56,208 bases of DNA, filler included, from Sphacelaria rigidula (GCA_964200075.2; 7 parts of 7 records of this genome joined end to end with filler, not necessarily neighbours in it); one strand, 5' to 3'. Shown: positions 24,135 to 38,417, counted from the first letter of the whole stretch. Translations and numbers: made by a program. The notes: generated by a model from the sequence alone, not told the origin.

Positions 24135-24330
24135 GCTTTTGCCGAGTTTCCTCTGGCGGCGAGGCATTTTTCCCCACACGTCCTATTGCAGCGCGCCGAG
24201 AAGGCTCAGCGGTATATTACCGTTTGGGTTTGGGCGGCATCTGATACCTGTGGCGCGTGTTCTGGTCACCGAAAGTCGCTCAAACTGGCCCTTTTTCGCA
24301 CGGTGTCGATCCCGAACCAGAAAAGCCTCT
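24135..24330 (+). repeat. ~190-bp dispersed repeat, second copy at 33328-33522
   Basis: TTTTGCCGAGTTT.CTCTGGCGGC..AGAAGGCTCAGCGGTA..CATCTGATACCTGTGGCGCGTGTTCTGG..GGTGTCGATCCCGAA is present in two different contigs. Confidence 0.8.
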
Positions 24331-27300
24331 TCGAGTTTTTTTTTCTTTAGAGCGTGTTGCAGTTTCGTTTTTTGTGGGTACGTCTATCATGAGACCACGG
24401 CTGGAGCCCTAGGGGGTCAGTCAAAGTGCGACAATCAATCAATCAATCGATCAATCAATGGATCAATCAAATCAGATCGTGGAAAACTTGACAAAGTATA
24501 TATTTTCGACTTGCGTCACCCCCGGGAGGCCCGTACCAACGTCCCGAAGGGTAACCTTGTTTTATATATCATATATCATGTACAATATATAATATAAAAA
24601 GATCTCTACTGTCTACGGCGAAAAACCAGGGGACACACGGGTTGGTGTCCCCCCCTCAAAAACTCGAACTTTCGATCTTGGGGCCTACATGTCCCGATTT
24701 TTGTTTTCGACTGCCCCTTGGTGGAGTACTTAAAGCAAACAAAAAATAACTTCTGTGTTGACGTCCCTCCTGTGTGACCCCGGCTGATGCGCCCACATAT
24801 CAAGGTTTTGGCGTGGTGAGTGGGGATATAGGGACGCCTCTTTTCTCCAGGAAATACAATTCCATACTACAGTGGAGAGCGACTATGTCGTGGGTACACA
24901 AAATTCGACTCTACGGTCGACGAGGGACAGGGACTGCTGAACCCCCCTCGCGATAAAAAATAAAGGCGCACCAGGATACGGTGTCAACACTTCTTATCCA
25001 CTTGTCGAACCTCGTGCGAAGCGCAGCTCTGCAAGCACAGACAGTTCAGCAGTACAAGGTCGCACCTGTACAGTCTCCATTCGTCAACGTGGAAGCGAGA
25101 TACGTCTCCGCCGCCCGCGGACGTCGCGACCAGAAGCTCCCGTACGTTCTCCGTTTGTCGACAGTCGACACACGGGGAGTAGTTCGAACCAATCAGATCA
25201 CGTACTTTAACACCCCTCTCCCATCTCAGCCTCGGACGGCGTCGTCATGCACAAGCAAAGACAAAGAAGAGAGCAGCGATGAAGCTGAACCTTCTTGAGG
25301 GGTTTTAAAGTGATTCGGAGAGCCGATTGCTGCGTGTGATGCCTCCAACCTCCAAACGTGCCTCGTTTGAAGTTGCGACAGTCAAGTTTGAGAAGTTGAA
25401 TCAAGACCAGTGCTGGTCAAAAGGAGTCGAGTTGGGCTGTTCTTGAGACCGCTCACAGACAGAAGCGAAACACAACGCCATGAGCACCGATGAAGCTGAA
25501 ACTTCTTGAGGGCGTCTCGATTGGTAATAGAAGAGCGACGGGATGGTTCTTTCGCGCAGCGCGGCTTCGAATCCATCCGGGAAAAAAAATGCGTGGTTCT
25601 GGCCTTCGTTGTGAGAGCGGACGGATAGGATAGGACAGGACACTTTTTGAATTTCGGTCCAGTAGAACCCTTTTCGGCCTAGGGCTTCAAAGGAAAATGT
25701 TGACACGATGCACAGGATTTTTGTGCAAAGACTCCACCGTCTGCCCCGTACACTTATTCCCTTCTTTCTTTGAGTTATCGGCGACCGAACATCCCTGTTC
25801 GCGTCTCGGGCGGCCCAGCCTGTACAACAGCATTTATTTCGAACAGCAGAGGCTGTCCAAATTCCATATTTCGATAGCACTTGTGCTTACAAACCATCCC
25901 AGGGAATTTTAATGTTGACAGACCTTCGTGGGCCCCAAGATCAAAAATCATCTCGAGGACTGCGAATACCAAGGATCCTTTAGTGGGAATTTCAAAATTG
26001 TTGATAGCACCGCGACTAGTTCAGGCGCCGTGCTCGTCCTTTGAGGACTCTTGTTTTTGTACGGAAAGGCGGGAACGGCACGGCACGGGTGTAATTCATG
26101 CGCAAAATGCATGGCACGGGCACGCTGCACCTCAACTCCCACCGGCGGGGTATTGTCATCTTCTGTTTCTAGAGCTCACGTCACATTAGCTCAATTCCCT
26201 GAGAGCATTAGTTCCTTCTCTCCGACCCGTGATCACAGGGTGCAAGGAGCCAAAACGGTATAGAACACGAAAAGAACGAGCCCGCAAAAACCGATCGAAC
26301 TACAAGCAACGCACTGCAAGCTGACAAATTACCAACGTGCGATCTAGACGACCAAATTACCACCTACTGCTGCATATACGTGTAGAAACAGCAAACGCAG
26401 GAATCGACATGTCGCAGGCAGCGAGAACCATCCGGTAACAGACCTAGTAATTTAAGGAAAGATCCCAGGTTCAAGGAAATGAGGAAATAGCTTCATCACC
26501 GAAGCATCAACTGACTTGGCTCAACATCAGTATCAAGTGAGTTGATCACCCTATTATTAGTTCGGCGTAACTACCCAGAGCTAACACAGGTTTGAGAAAC
26601 TCATATCTTCTTGCTCTAGAAGCAGAAAATTCGTATGTATAGGAAATAGTTTAAAACTAAGGCCATATAGAACTCAGGACACTCTCGATCCCCCCTAACC
26701 TTGGCCCCCAAAAGGCACTGGGAAGAAGTTGATTTGACCACGTTACTGCACAGAAGACGACACAAAGCCGAAAGAACCGGAGCTCAAAATGAGAAGAAAA
26801 GATGTCGCTCAAAAGTCACAGATGCTGCCGAAAGTTGACATGAATGACGTCGGATGTGACGAAGTCCGTCACGTTCCGAGTGCAGGCATCTGGTGTTGGA
26901 ACGCATCAAGGTAGAAAGAAGGCGGGCAGGGGCAAAGTAAAGGAACGTAGAGACGTGAACAAGCGTGCAGGCTGGAGATTGCACTGAGGCATATTGAAAG
27001 CAAAAAAACAGGGCTGCCACCGATGACAGCAAGCATTGAAGGTGGGAGAGGGCAGGATGAAAATGGGACTAAACATGGTGCAGAGGGGGTTGAACGGGGA
27101 AAAGGGATGTATAGTTGTCGTACTTACCGTAAACTGTGGTTCAGTCTACAGCTCCGCTTCTGGTAGCCGTGGGTCGGGTACCCTGTCAAGTAGGATTGGG
27201 TTTCTTCTTTTCGGGTGGAGGGTCGGTTTTGCTTGGTGCGCACGGGATCGCCTCCGGGAGGGGATGGGGAATAAGTTTGACTCGCGGTACTTTCCGAGGT

Positions 27301-28679
27301 GTGGAGTTGTCGTTTCTCGAGGCAAACGACTCGTTCTCCTGCAAAAAATGCCGTTGGATATCCGGCAAGAGCTCGGTGGTATGGAGTGCTGACCCCAATG
27401 TCCGCGCCACACGCAAGGCAGAGGAAGGGGACCTGTTTCCCGGCGCCCTTTGGGACTGACCTTGTCTCCTGGGATACAGACGCGTGGGTAGTGCACACGG
27501 AGCACCTGCAGATGTTGAACGAATCGGGAGAAGGACGAAGGGACGGTTGCGAAACGTTTAGCGAGGAAAGTACCGAAGGAGACATAGTTGTACTGTGAGA
27601 AAATGCGTGACGAACGGGTGTTGAAAGCAACGACGTCAAGTAGGTGGAAAAGGAAGCAAGTGGGATAATAGGCTGCTTTCGGTGATCAGGTTACTCCACG
27701 AGGAACTTACAGTGGGAAAACCACCGGCTTGTTAGTAACTGTGGTATTCTATACAAGCAAGTACAGCATGTAGGAGTGTGTTGTATTGCGTTAACTCAAA
27801 GAAGGTGAGAGTCCCCTTCTAGCGCCCCGTTCCCCATGTGCGTTGAATCGTGGGCTGAAAATGGGTGATGTCAACTCCTGCGGGAAAGTACACCGAACAC
27901 CTGCATTAAATGGACTGAGAACTGGACCAGTTAATACTGTATATCTTCATTGTAACTGGAGTTAAACTGGAAATGGCTACGAATGCGCCAGTTGTCCAGT
28001 TCATCTGGAGGTGTTGTGCCGCTTGTCGTTACCAAGTATTTGTATATTTGTTTCATTTTGTGGAGTTTATAACAAAGGAGCACTTCATTTAATTAGACTG
28101 TACGATTGAAGTCTGCACTCTACAGCAGCACAGGTACCATAAACATCGTTGGTATCTAGTTGTTCTGCATTTTTCATAACTATTTCCGATATTTGCAGGG
28201 AAGATAGGTCAAACACCGTAATTTCTTCTGCCTTGGGCGGCGCTCCTGCGCGGCACCCCCCACCAGCCGGGAGGGGCGATTAACTGGGAAAACAAATGAT
28301 GTACTGGCAACTAGCGCGGCCAGTATCGACCGAACTGAACAGAGCTGATTGCTAACAGCCCTTACAAAAACGCTGTTTTTTTCGTAGGGTTAGGGTGTGT
28401 TCGGTAGGGTATGAGAGTCTTCACAAATCTTACAGAACTGACGAGTACCGGGATGAGATTCATACTTCGATACCTATAAGTATTTCATTTCCACAAGAGG
28501 AGCATAGTGGTGGATCAGAGCGTAGCGGGATCTGAAGGTTGTGGATCGGGACGAATTTTTACAACATGCAACTTTTAGCCAGCCGGACTTCAGTCAAGTA
28601 CGAATGCGGGTATGCGGATTTACATCATTGTTCCGGTCGACGGAGGAAAGAACAAATCATCCGTCGCTTGGCTGTCATG

Positions 28680-31199
28680 TAGGGCTGTATATCAACTATT
28701 TTTAGGGGTTGATTTGATTCTTGATTTTTCTTCCAAATCGGCTTGATCAAATCATGATCGGTTGATTCAATCAACTAATCAACGACACGTCAATTGAATC
28801 AACAAACTCGATTAGTTGATTTTTTCGGCAGAATTTTAGCAGCACCCAAGCCAAAAATCGGCTGAATTTTTTCGTGTGACAATATAGAGCACACGACCAC
28901 GCATACGCAAGCCCACAGCAGCAGCACAGCAGTCTTGTGTTCAATATTTTTGCTTCATCTGCTGCATCGGTACTCCAGCACCCCGTCTTCCTGCACTACC
29001 CCTGCATTTTACTTCGAAACGCTCTCAAATATGGAACGTGTACGCCTCAAACTTGTCTGGCAAAAAAAACGAAAGTGGTAGCCAGATTGCACGAAGATGA
29101 TTCCCGACGTTGATACTTGAGATGGTCAATGCTACCGTATTCGTGCCGGTACGTTGCAATTTGGTGTCCGGATGTTTCGTACGGTCAGTATATGTGCTTC
29201 AAGGACGTACGGGTGTTATAGGAACAATGGTATATGATTTTGGTTACGTCTACTACACCATCGGTGACCTTGGTCCACGTGCATTGCAAGCCCCGCTTGG
29301 AATCGCTGCACGACCCGGCCCGGTCGACGGCCGTTCGCTTTCAGTCGACCGGTATTGCACACATGAAAATTCCGGGCTTCACGAGCTACTTTTTTCCAAA
29401 TATCACACCATTGATGCAAAAGAAGTGACCGAAGTTCACGAGGAAAACGAATGAAAAAAGTTGAATCCACTTGAATTCGAATTATGATATGCCTTACATG
29501 AGGCATGAAAAAAAAACGAATTCATGGTCGACGAGGGAAAGAGAGAGCTGAACCCTCTCTCGATGAAAAATATAAGGCAAGCCCCGCAGAACGAAGGCGG
29601 AGAAAGCAACGCTACGGTAGGGGTGCACGAAATGTTTCTGGGTAGGGGTACCGGATGGAGACTACAGCAATGCCGCGAAACCCCCCCCAAAAAAACCAAA
29701 TACAGGCATAGACCGGGCTGGATTGGAGGTGTGTGCGATACTCTGCGACCAAGTATGTGCGATGCATGAGACATGTCACCGGTCCAACAATACAGCGAGA
29801 GAAGGCCTCAGAGAAGATTTCGCGAAAAAGGTGCACCCCTACCGCCGTAGCATTGCTCGAGAACTCGAACAAATGAGAAAGGACAAGAAGTCCTGTGTTG
29901 GCCTTCCTCCTGTGTTACCCCGGCTGGTGCGCCCACATATTCCAGAAGGTATAGACTGGTGTCCAGAATAGATGGGATGACAACACACACAGTCATTCTG
30001 GGACAGGCGACCCCCATATCAGCCCTCAAAACTGTCACGGCAATAAAAAATTGCGGGACACTCCAGTTTTTTTCATACAGCATGCACACGCGGCCAGCTT
30101 TTTTCATACGGAGGAATTAAACGCCTCCGCAGGTGTGCGCGGCCCTCCAGAGGAAATTCTTTGGTTTCCTCCAGATGGATTAAACGTCTCCGGAGGCTTG
30201 TTTTTGCCTCTGGAGGGCCGCGCATGCCCCAAATTCCTCCGGAGGGGTGCGCGGCTCTCCAGGTCGGTAGAGGTTTGTTTCGTCCAGAGGGATTGAAAGT
30301 CTCCGGAGGCTTGTTTTGCCTCTGGAGGGCCACGCATCCCTCTGGAGGCGTGTAAGGGGGTAGCCAAATGGCCGCGTGTGTGAGGTGCCTCATGGACGAC
30401 ATTGGCGGGTTTTACGACTACTGTAGCGATTTTGCAGCTGCTCTGTGCATACACGAGGTTCTTTTCTTCGTTTCGTGTGACAGGTCTACGTGAAATTTTG
30501 TTTGGCGTAGATTTTGTCACAGTGGACTGTGCAAACCATTTCGTGAAATGTTCTACACTACAGGGCTTTTGACCGCGGGTACGGAGTATGTACTTCGGAC
30601 TAGAATGATACAAAACGGGACCAGCTGCCGGTTTTGGACGTGAGCTAACCTTGCCTGCGCTCACCACAGACAGTCCCGCGAAAATGTGTCATCGCGAAAG
30701 CTCCGCCGACCGAACGTCCGTAAAGAGTCTGACCAGCGAAATTATATGGAGCTAGATCAATGAAAATGAGACGACAACGTTTCCCTGTGACGACGGATCG
30801 TGAGCGTCACCCTACCTCAATCCACAAAATACAGCACAGGCACCATAGGTACAGTAGGTACCCGGTACCGCTATTTGGGACATCTCATACCCTACCGATA
30901 CCGGTCCAATCGGGTATTTAAAAATGTCATACCTACGAGTCGATGAGTAGACATATCCGTCGATCGATGGTTGCGCCGCAGGCAAAAAAAAAGGTTACAC
31001 GACGCAAACGCCTCTTTTCTTCCTGAAAAAAGTCAACTAATCATGACTACATCAAGTATTTTGACTTGATTGATTGAAGTTGATTAGATGATATAAATCA
31101 ACTAATCAGCGAGGCGTTGACGTGATCGTTGATATATATCAAATATACTTTGAGATCAAAATCAATCGTGATTTATTTGATAGTTGATATACAACCGTA
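28680..31199. mobile_element. Non-autonomous hAT-like DNA transposon (~2.5 kb)
   Basis: TIRs TAGGGCTGTATATCAACTAT / ATAGTTGATATACAACCGTA. 8-bp TSD CTGTCATG (28672-28679) / GTGTCATG (31200-31207). Both subterminal regions are rich in TGATT/AATCA motifs. No transposase ORF was recognised. Confidence 0.8.
30135..30352. repeat. ~110-bp tandem duplication with internal CCTCCAGAGG/CCTCTGGAGG inverted motifs
   Basis: GTCTCCGGAGGCTTGTTTT(T)GCCTCTGGAGGGCC occurs twice about 112 bp apart. Confidence 0.75.
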
Positions 31200-32178
31200 G
31201 TGTCATGATAATTTAGATAGAACCTACCACGGCTCGGACGAATCACTGCCGGTTCGAGTAGCCAAATCCACGATTTTTTAGTGCTGATTGCTCAAAATAG
31301 AGAAAAAAAGTCGACCGCTTGTCAAACAGGTCTCCACGCAACTTTTGCACCATTCCATGTGCCTGGGCTGCGCGTACCTGGCTTGCAACGCTGGAAACAA
31401 AGCCTAAGGATTAATTCGTACGGGAAATCACCTACACTAAAATCAAGTGATTTCTAGACGAATCATCAATTCGTCCGACCGTGGGAAGCTACAGACAGTG
31501 TAGTGCAGTACAGTACAGACAGTACAGTATCGTTTACTGTTCTCAACGAAGCACCTCCGGCTTCTCCTCGATGTTTGTAATGGGGACACACACACAGCAC
31601 AGTGGGAGCGCACACTCGGCATACAATACACACACTTGGCTGTAGACTTAAAGAGGGAAGCCAGAAGAGAGAGAGGGAGGGAGAGATAGCAACACACAGT
31701 AGGACACAGCAACAACAGCAGACCCCAGACGCCTTGCCTTCGGTTGCCGAAATACTGTATGCATCAGAGAAAAGGCACTCTCAGTACACATTACACGAAC
31801 TCTTGGCTGTATACTGAGAAGAGGCGAGGCAGAAAAGACAGGAGAGAGACCAACACAGACAGCGATGATCATGGTAGATGCGAACTCCTAGCGGATTTTT
31901 GACTACAGCCAGGCTCACCTTGCCGATTTGTGGTCGCTCCATCCTTGTCGTCCGGGGCAAAAGTTCGCGACGCGACGACCCGATTTGAGTTCGCTCGTAG
32001 CAGGGTTGGTACGACATCAACACTTAACAGCCGATTTTCGAAAATGGGGTTGAAAAACAAAATGAGGTTCAACTCAAANNNNNNNNNNNNNNNNNNNNNN
32101 NNNNNNNNNNNNNNNNNNNNNNTTAATTAATTAANNNNNNNNNNNNNNNNNNNNNNNNNNNNNNNNNNNNNNNNNNNN

Positions 32179-32251
32179 AGCTTTTGAAGAAACGTAATGA
32201 GCGCCAGAATGTTGGAGGTGTCTCTATTAGGAGTAGGAACAGTGCTCCGTC
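32179..32251 (+). mobile_element. Family A LINE near-3' fragment at contig start
   Basis: GAAGAAACGTAATGAGCGCCAGAATGTTGGAGGTGTCTCTATTAGGAGTAGGAACAGTGCTCCGTCT matches 177-243 and 52546-52612. Confidence 0.8.
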
Positions 32252-32364
32252 TGGGGGGGATCCGACGTGGTCACATGACGGGCGTACCCGAGACAAACAA
32301 AACCGAAACAATCGCTGACGAAAAACGAACAGAAAAGTTAGAACAAAACGACAGAGTAGACTAG

Positions 32365-33181
32365 GGGCGTGTCTTAGCACCTGTTTTTTTGTCGAAAAAA
32401 TGTCGCGGTGGAATTGATCTGAGCGAAATTCTCTCGTTTCGATGCAGTTGGGTCCAGATGGATTTTCAAGCTTTCAATCGAAAGAAGACGGTGAAATCCG
32501 TGAAACAGCACATGGTCACTTGTGTAAAGTACAGACAGTCTGTACTGTCTGCACTGCTTGCAAGCAGTGTCTTGGGTGCGTGTGTGCATGTTTCGTTCAG
32601 GACGATATACAAGAGAAGCGGGCAATGTGCAGTGCAGACAGCCCAGGACTATCAGCTCTCTCTGCTCACAATGCGACGTTAAGAGGACTTCAGCAACGTG
32701 CAGCTTTGTGCTGCCTGCACTGTCCGTGAGCGTGCACGCAACTCGATTGCCCACCGTACCACGCAGTTCCGTCGCTGATCCCTACCAAGAGAGAAGATGC
32801 GCAAGTTTTCGCCAACAAAAAAACAAAGCACACCAAACTACTGCAGTGTATTCATCCCTGGGCTCAACTCGTGCTCTATGCTGCAGGGTTGCGGTGGTAG
32901 GTGAGAATGAGTTGATGGGGTTTGCATGGTCCTGTGAACAGATGTTATCTGGCGTGGTGGTATGTAATGTGGGAGTCAAGTGCCGCTTCGTGCCTTTCGA
33001 CCGCATTTTTTCGATCGAAAACGATGGTTTTTTACCTCGATGCATTCTTCTCCGCGCATCGCTAATTATAATTTTGAGTTGAATCCTTCTGGGGACACAA
33101 GTGCGGTGGACCTATCAGATCGTCGAAACAAATTTCGACCGCACTTTTTTTATCGAAAAAGAAAGGTGATAAGACACGCCC
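32365..33181. mobile_element. ~820-bp TIR element (possibly PIF/Harbinger-like, non-autonomous), copy 1
   Basis: TIR GGGCGTGTCTTAGCACC..TTTT.TCGA / TCGAAAAAG..GGTGATAAGACACGCCC. A full-length inverted homolog lies at 49122-49953. Confidence 0.75.
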
Positions 33182-33836
33182 TGAGAAGAGAAACATGGAA
33201 AGGACAACAGAAAACAAAGGAAACAAAAATAAATGGTCGGCCTCCGCCACATGCCTTCGCTGGAAAAGGTCTTGCCCAGAAGTCTGTAAGCATATATATG
33301 TACATGTATCATTTCACATCCATCATCACTTTTGCCGAGTTTTCTCTGGCGGCAAAGCATTTTTTCCCGCGCCTTTTTTTTGCAGCGCACTAAGAAGGCT
33401 CAGCGGTACATTATCGTTCAGGTTTGGGTGTCATCTGATACCTGTGGCGCGTGTTCTGGCCACCAAAAGTCGCTCGAACTGGCCCTCCTTCGCGGGGTGT
33501 CGATCCCGAATCACGAAAGCCTTTTTAATATCATGGAAAACTTGAAACAGCAACCCGAAGCACGAAAGCCTGTTGAACATCATGGAAAACTTCAAACAGG
33601 ATTGCTTTTGGCGGGGTACTTTTCCCCCGTGTTTCTCTTTGTCGCGTTCTCGTTCATTTGGGAGCACGAACACACCGGTTAAGCCGCCAATATCACGGGA
33701 GCATGATGAGAGCAAAGCAGTTGGAAACGATTGAACATTGCCTTGGCCTTCGTCAGTAGCAAACGCAAGACCGTGCAATGGGCCGTCGGCGAGTTGAACA
33801 AGGCACAGCAGCACGGCAGCACAGGAATGTTTTGCC

Positions 33837-34082
33837 TGTGACGCCAGACAGTGGAAGCACTGTTGGATCACTGCTGTTGAGGGACTCCCCAGTCTTGCTG
33901 GCCTCAGTTTCAGTTGTCAGCCTTTACATCTCATTATTCAGAAGTGACCTCCCAGGCGGCTCCATAAACCACATCAGGGTATCACCCCTGTGTCCATGTC
34001 ATTATCCATATCATCACTACAGATCCCCAGTCAGCATCCAATCATCACTATATACTCAACGTGACGGCGTGATTTCGTCACA
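33837..34082 (-). repeat. 3' LTR
   Basis: Direct repeat of 38418-38665, with about 11 substitutions and 2 indels by manual count. Confidence 0.95.
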
Positions 34083-37000
34083 GCACCCCCAAAGCGCGTT
34101 GCACGAGAACCGAGCAAAAGCTTGACACTCAGAAAAATAACGCCAAAACGATTGAGCAAGTCACAACTGAATCCCAAACTCACGCGTAATGCGAGCAGCA
34201 ATGGAACGAGTCACTCGCACCTTACGCAACTCCTTTTTGAGAATTTCCGGAGCGGCCTCAAAAATATCCTTGAAAGGCTCCCACGTACGCTCCTCGACTT
34301 CAAAACCTACCCAGTCGACCAACACGATCAACGAACGATCCGCTGCCTCTGCCACGCGAACAATTCCAGCCATCTGAAATTGCCCCTGGTTGAAAGCGTG
34401 CTGAAACACATCCTTGACGTCTGCCGTTACATTAAGCTGTGAGTCTGCATAAAAACGCAGACGAGCTACATGGGCGGTCTGAACACGACCCGAAACAATA
34501 TTTTGGATCTCAAACACATGCGGGTGATGAGCACCAACNNNNNNNNNNCCACGGACCAGTCCACGTCGCCATCAATTTAGGCGTGACTCCCTGGCGACGC
34601 ACGCGTACATACAAAACATAATCGTCTACCTCGCAATTCGGCAATTCCAGCCCCGACGAGGACCCCTCACGTCTACGTGTACGTTCAGCGGCAACACGTT
34701 CCTGCACTTGAACGTGGAAACGTTCTTGCAAGTTCACGAGTCCTTTCAATGCACTCTTAATTTGAACATCGTCCACACCATCACACTTCCATACCCCCGC
34801 CGACGTAGACGTCAGCACCGAGAAAGACGTCCGAGGAGCACGACCAAACATCACGTGCTACGGCGTACTATCGTGACGACGACGATACGCTGTATTAAGC
34901 GCCCATTGCACCGCCGGCAACACCTCCACCCATTCGGAAACCGCTCTACGCTGCCCGAGAAGAATAGAGCGAAGAGCACGAACTACTTCCTTGACCATGC
35001 GTTCGCACGTACCGTTGGACCACGAAGAATACGCTACCGCAAACTGGTGATCAACGCGCAAAGCCTCCCGCAATCGGTCCAAGATCGCATTCTTGAAATG
35101 CGTGGCGGTATCACTCACCCACACACGGGGCACCCCCAAAGTTTTGCACCAATTCAGCAAAGATGCAGCGGTCGACTCAGCAGTACACACTGCTACGGGT
35201 TCCAGAGCCACAAAGTTGCTCAAATCATCCATAATTACCCAAATGTATCGAAACCCAGCCTCCTCCGACAAACCTTGGGAAGGTAGCGGGCCACTCTCGC
35301 CCACGTACAAGAAGTCAAGATGGACGACGTCATTCTGCGTGGTCCCATGGACCGTTTTGCCGAGCGGGCGGGGAACAACATCGCCCTCCCTCGAGTCAGC
35401 ACAGTGAAGACACTGGCGGACAAATTCGCGCACATGAGTTTATATCCCCTGCCAGACACAAAACTCTTGCGAACGGACGAGCGTCGCAAGCCACACCACG
35501 ATGCCCATCGTCGCGCATGTGCGCGCAAATCATCAGACGTACCTGCAACTGCTTGTCAGAACTCGGAATCCACAAAACGTTTCGGCCATGCACACGAAAC
35601 AGACCTTCATTGTCCAAGATAGCAGTACCAACGCCCGACTCGAAAGATTGCACATCCGCATCGTCGGCCCCAAGGTATTTTTGTTGCGGTTGGCGAACAA
35701 CAGATTTGGACGGCATCGAGCCATCAGGTTCACACCGACCATAAACAGCCATAGCGCGAACAGGCATTTCAATTCCAACTGTAGGCACCTGCATGACCAA
35801 ACTACCCCAATGGCACGCAAATGCATCCGGGAACATTGACACCTGATAATCAGGACGAGGATGAAGCAGCGTCACGGCATGAGCCACCAGATCCTTCGCT
35901 GCCGCCCACGTAGCCTGCCCTCCATCCACGGTGCAGCCTTCTGCGGAAACGCCATACCCGGACTGGACCACCCTGCCTGCAAATTCCGTAACAACAACCC
36001 GAGCGCCAAAACAGTCGCCATGCACAACATCAACCAACTCGACTTCACTGGATAGTACCGCCGCGGCTTCGTCTTCGCCGCGGACGCCCCAGGTTTTAGC
36101 TGAACACGTATGGGCTCCACGCCCGCAGGGGGATCACCCCGCAGCGCACGACGAAACGCGTTGACGCGGCAATGCAATATGCCGCGCAGGCGCTCCGCTT
36201 TCGAGACGCTGAGGCCTTTCGCCACAGCATCAGTCACGCTCTCCTCCAGCGCGACCTTCCGAGCGGACTCCTTTTCCGCCCGGTCCATGAACATATCCGG
36301 GCCGCGCTCTACTAAGCGTTTCACCGCCGCATCCCACTCCTCGGTCACCTGCCTCCCAGTCTCCTGTAAAGCATCCACCGACAAGCTCACGTGACGACTG
36401 CCCAAAAAGGCGGTCGTCTCCACGTGCGGACCAGGCGGAGACAGCCGCGTATTGATGGAGTGCTTCAACCGCTCATACGGGTCGACTCCTAGATCCTGTA
36501 GCGTCGGCAGCCACAGAAGAACAACGCCATCCGACCCTGGCATAATCGCAAACGAGATCGGAGGCAACGGGGCCAGCCCCCAAGCAGTCTTGAAGGCTAG
36601 CTGCAACGGAACAGTACGCTCCGTGACTGAAACATGCTGACTTGACGCGGTGACTGCCTGCCGCGCCCCGAGCGGAAACGGGATGCGCAGCGGCACACCC
36701 GGGAGTTGACGCTCCAGCATCTCAACCATCTGCACCGGCAGACTAGTGAAAGGGGTGCCAGAATCCAACACAGACAGAACCACAATGGCTCCACGCTGCC
36801 GTTGATTCGGAAGACATAACTCTGCCGAAATGTATCTGTTGGCAAGCTCCACGGGAACTTCTTCCGCTGACCTATGCGCCGCTAATCCCACTTGACGCCA
36901 CGGCTGCGCAAGCTGCGCAGGCGAAGACGCCCCAGCAGGTTCAAACGGCACCGCCGGCGGGTACGCCCCCCAGCCAGCAAACCAAGAATTTGGGGACCCT

Positions 37001-38417
37001 CCGACCAACGCGTCAACACGTGTCGCGCCTGGCGCTGCTGCCGGTGTCGCCGCCGGCGCCACCACCGGCGCCGGCGCAGTGTTCGACTCTGTAGAAGTTG
37101 GGCCCACCTGCACATCCCGCCGCGGAGCAGCAGCACCTACGGCGGCGACAGACCCAGAGCCAGGCCCATGCTGACGCCGCTGCCTCTGCTGCTGCTGATT
37201 CTGCTGCTGCTGCGGCTGCTACTGAGGGCTTGCCTGTGACCCTCCATCGCCGGAGGATCCGCCGCCGCCACCACGATTACCTCGTATTTTACTCTTGTGC
37301 TGACGATGCTGATGGCGCGCGGCACTAGACTGCCCAGACTCTCCACCGGAAGACATTGAGCAATCGCGCGCGTAGTGGCCGACCTGGCCACAGCGGTGGC
37401 AAGTAATACTCGCGGCGCGACCAGCCGATTTCGAGCCATGGTTGCGCAAATATTACGGCAAAGAGGTGGACGACTGGCCGAACGCCTCTATTTTCCGCCA
37501 CTCCTTGGCCTCGGCCACGACGGTGCTCATCACCAGGTACGGGTCGTCGTTTCAATCTGATTAGTGCTACAGCTTGACAAGCACGGTTTGCTTGAAATTT
37601 CCCGGTGCCAACCCCTCCACCACAGCCTTAGTGATTACCGCTGCCGGGCCGGGAATGAACTCATCATCGGGGAAACGATATACTAGTTCTACGTTCGGAT
37701 TTTCCGTGAAGTAATTCTCCAAATTGGCCAAGATGGGCTCCACACGCTCCAACATCGTTTTCCCCCGAGAATCCATTGCGACAGCTTTCGCCACGGCCGC
37801 GGACGCTTGGGTCAGATCTAACTCGGCGCCCGCCGCATGCCCAGCATGCTTTCTGATCGCCGCAACCAATGGCGGCGAGGTGGTGCTGCTCTCGTTATGT
37901 TCCAAACGAGCGAACACTCTCTGTACATGAGTCGGCACTTGTTGAGTCATAGTCAGCACCTGATGCCGCACAGCACCCCCTGCATTAGCGTGCCCCACAC
38001 GTTTCTTGTACTCCCAAGTATTTTGTATAAAACGTGCGAGATGCACTCTCTGAGTACCTGTCCCCATCTTGGGGAGGTCGCAAATCTCCCTGCATGACCA
38101 CGGGTGTCGCCATAGCTGTAGCTGTAACCGGCTACCTGCGAACCTCTGCAGGTCAGCGGACCTTCGCGAATCGCACCTTCCTTGCTTCGTCACCGCACCA
38201 CACAGTCGTAGGAGCCTCCAAACTCTCGCTGCACACAGCTTCAGCAAGTCTCCTGTCTGGATCAATCACAAGCCAGCCGCCTTTCTGCAGCTGCCTCCGC
38301 TGGAACATTCTCCACGCGTCCGTGGTGTATCAGGTTTCCACAGCTCCCAGACTCCTACCGAAATCCTTTCCAGTAGATTTCTGGCACTAACACTAGCACT
38401 AGCACTAATACCGATAT

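Noticed and set aside
25271-25512. 32-bp direct repeat GAGCA.CGATGAAGCTGAA.CTTCTTGAGGG about 210 bp apart
   Set aside because: There are only two copies and no recognisable element between them, so no call is possible.
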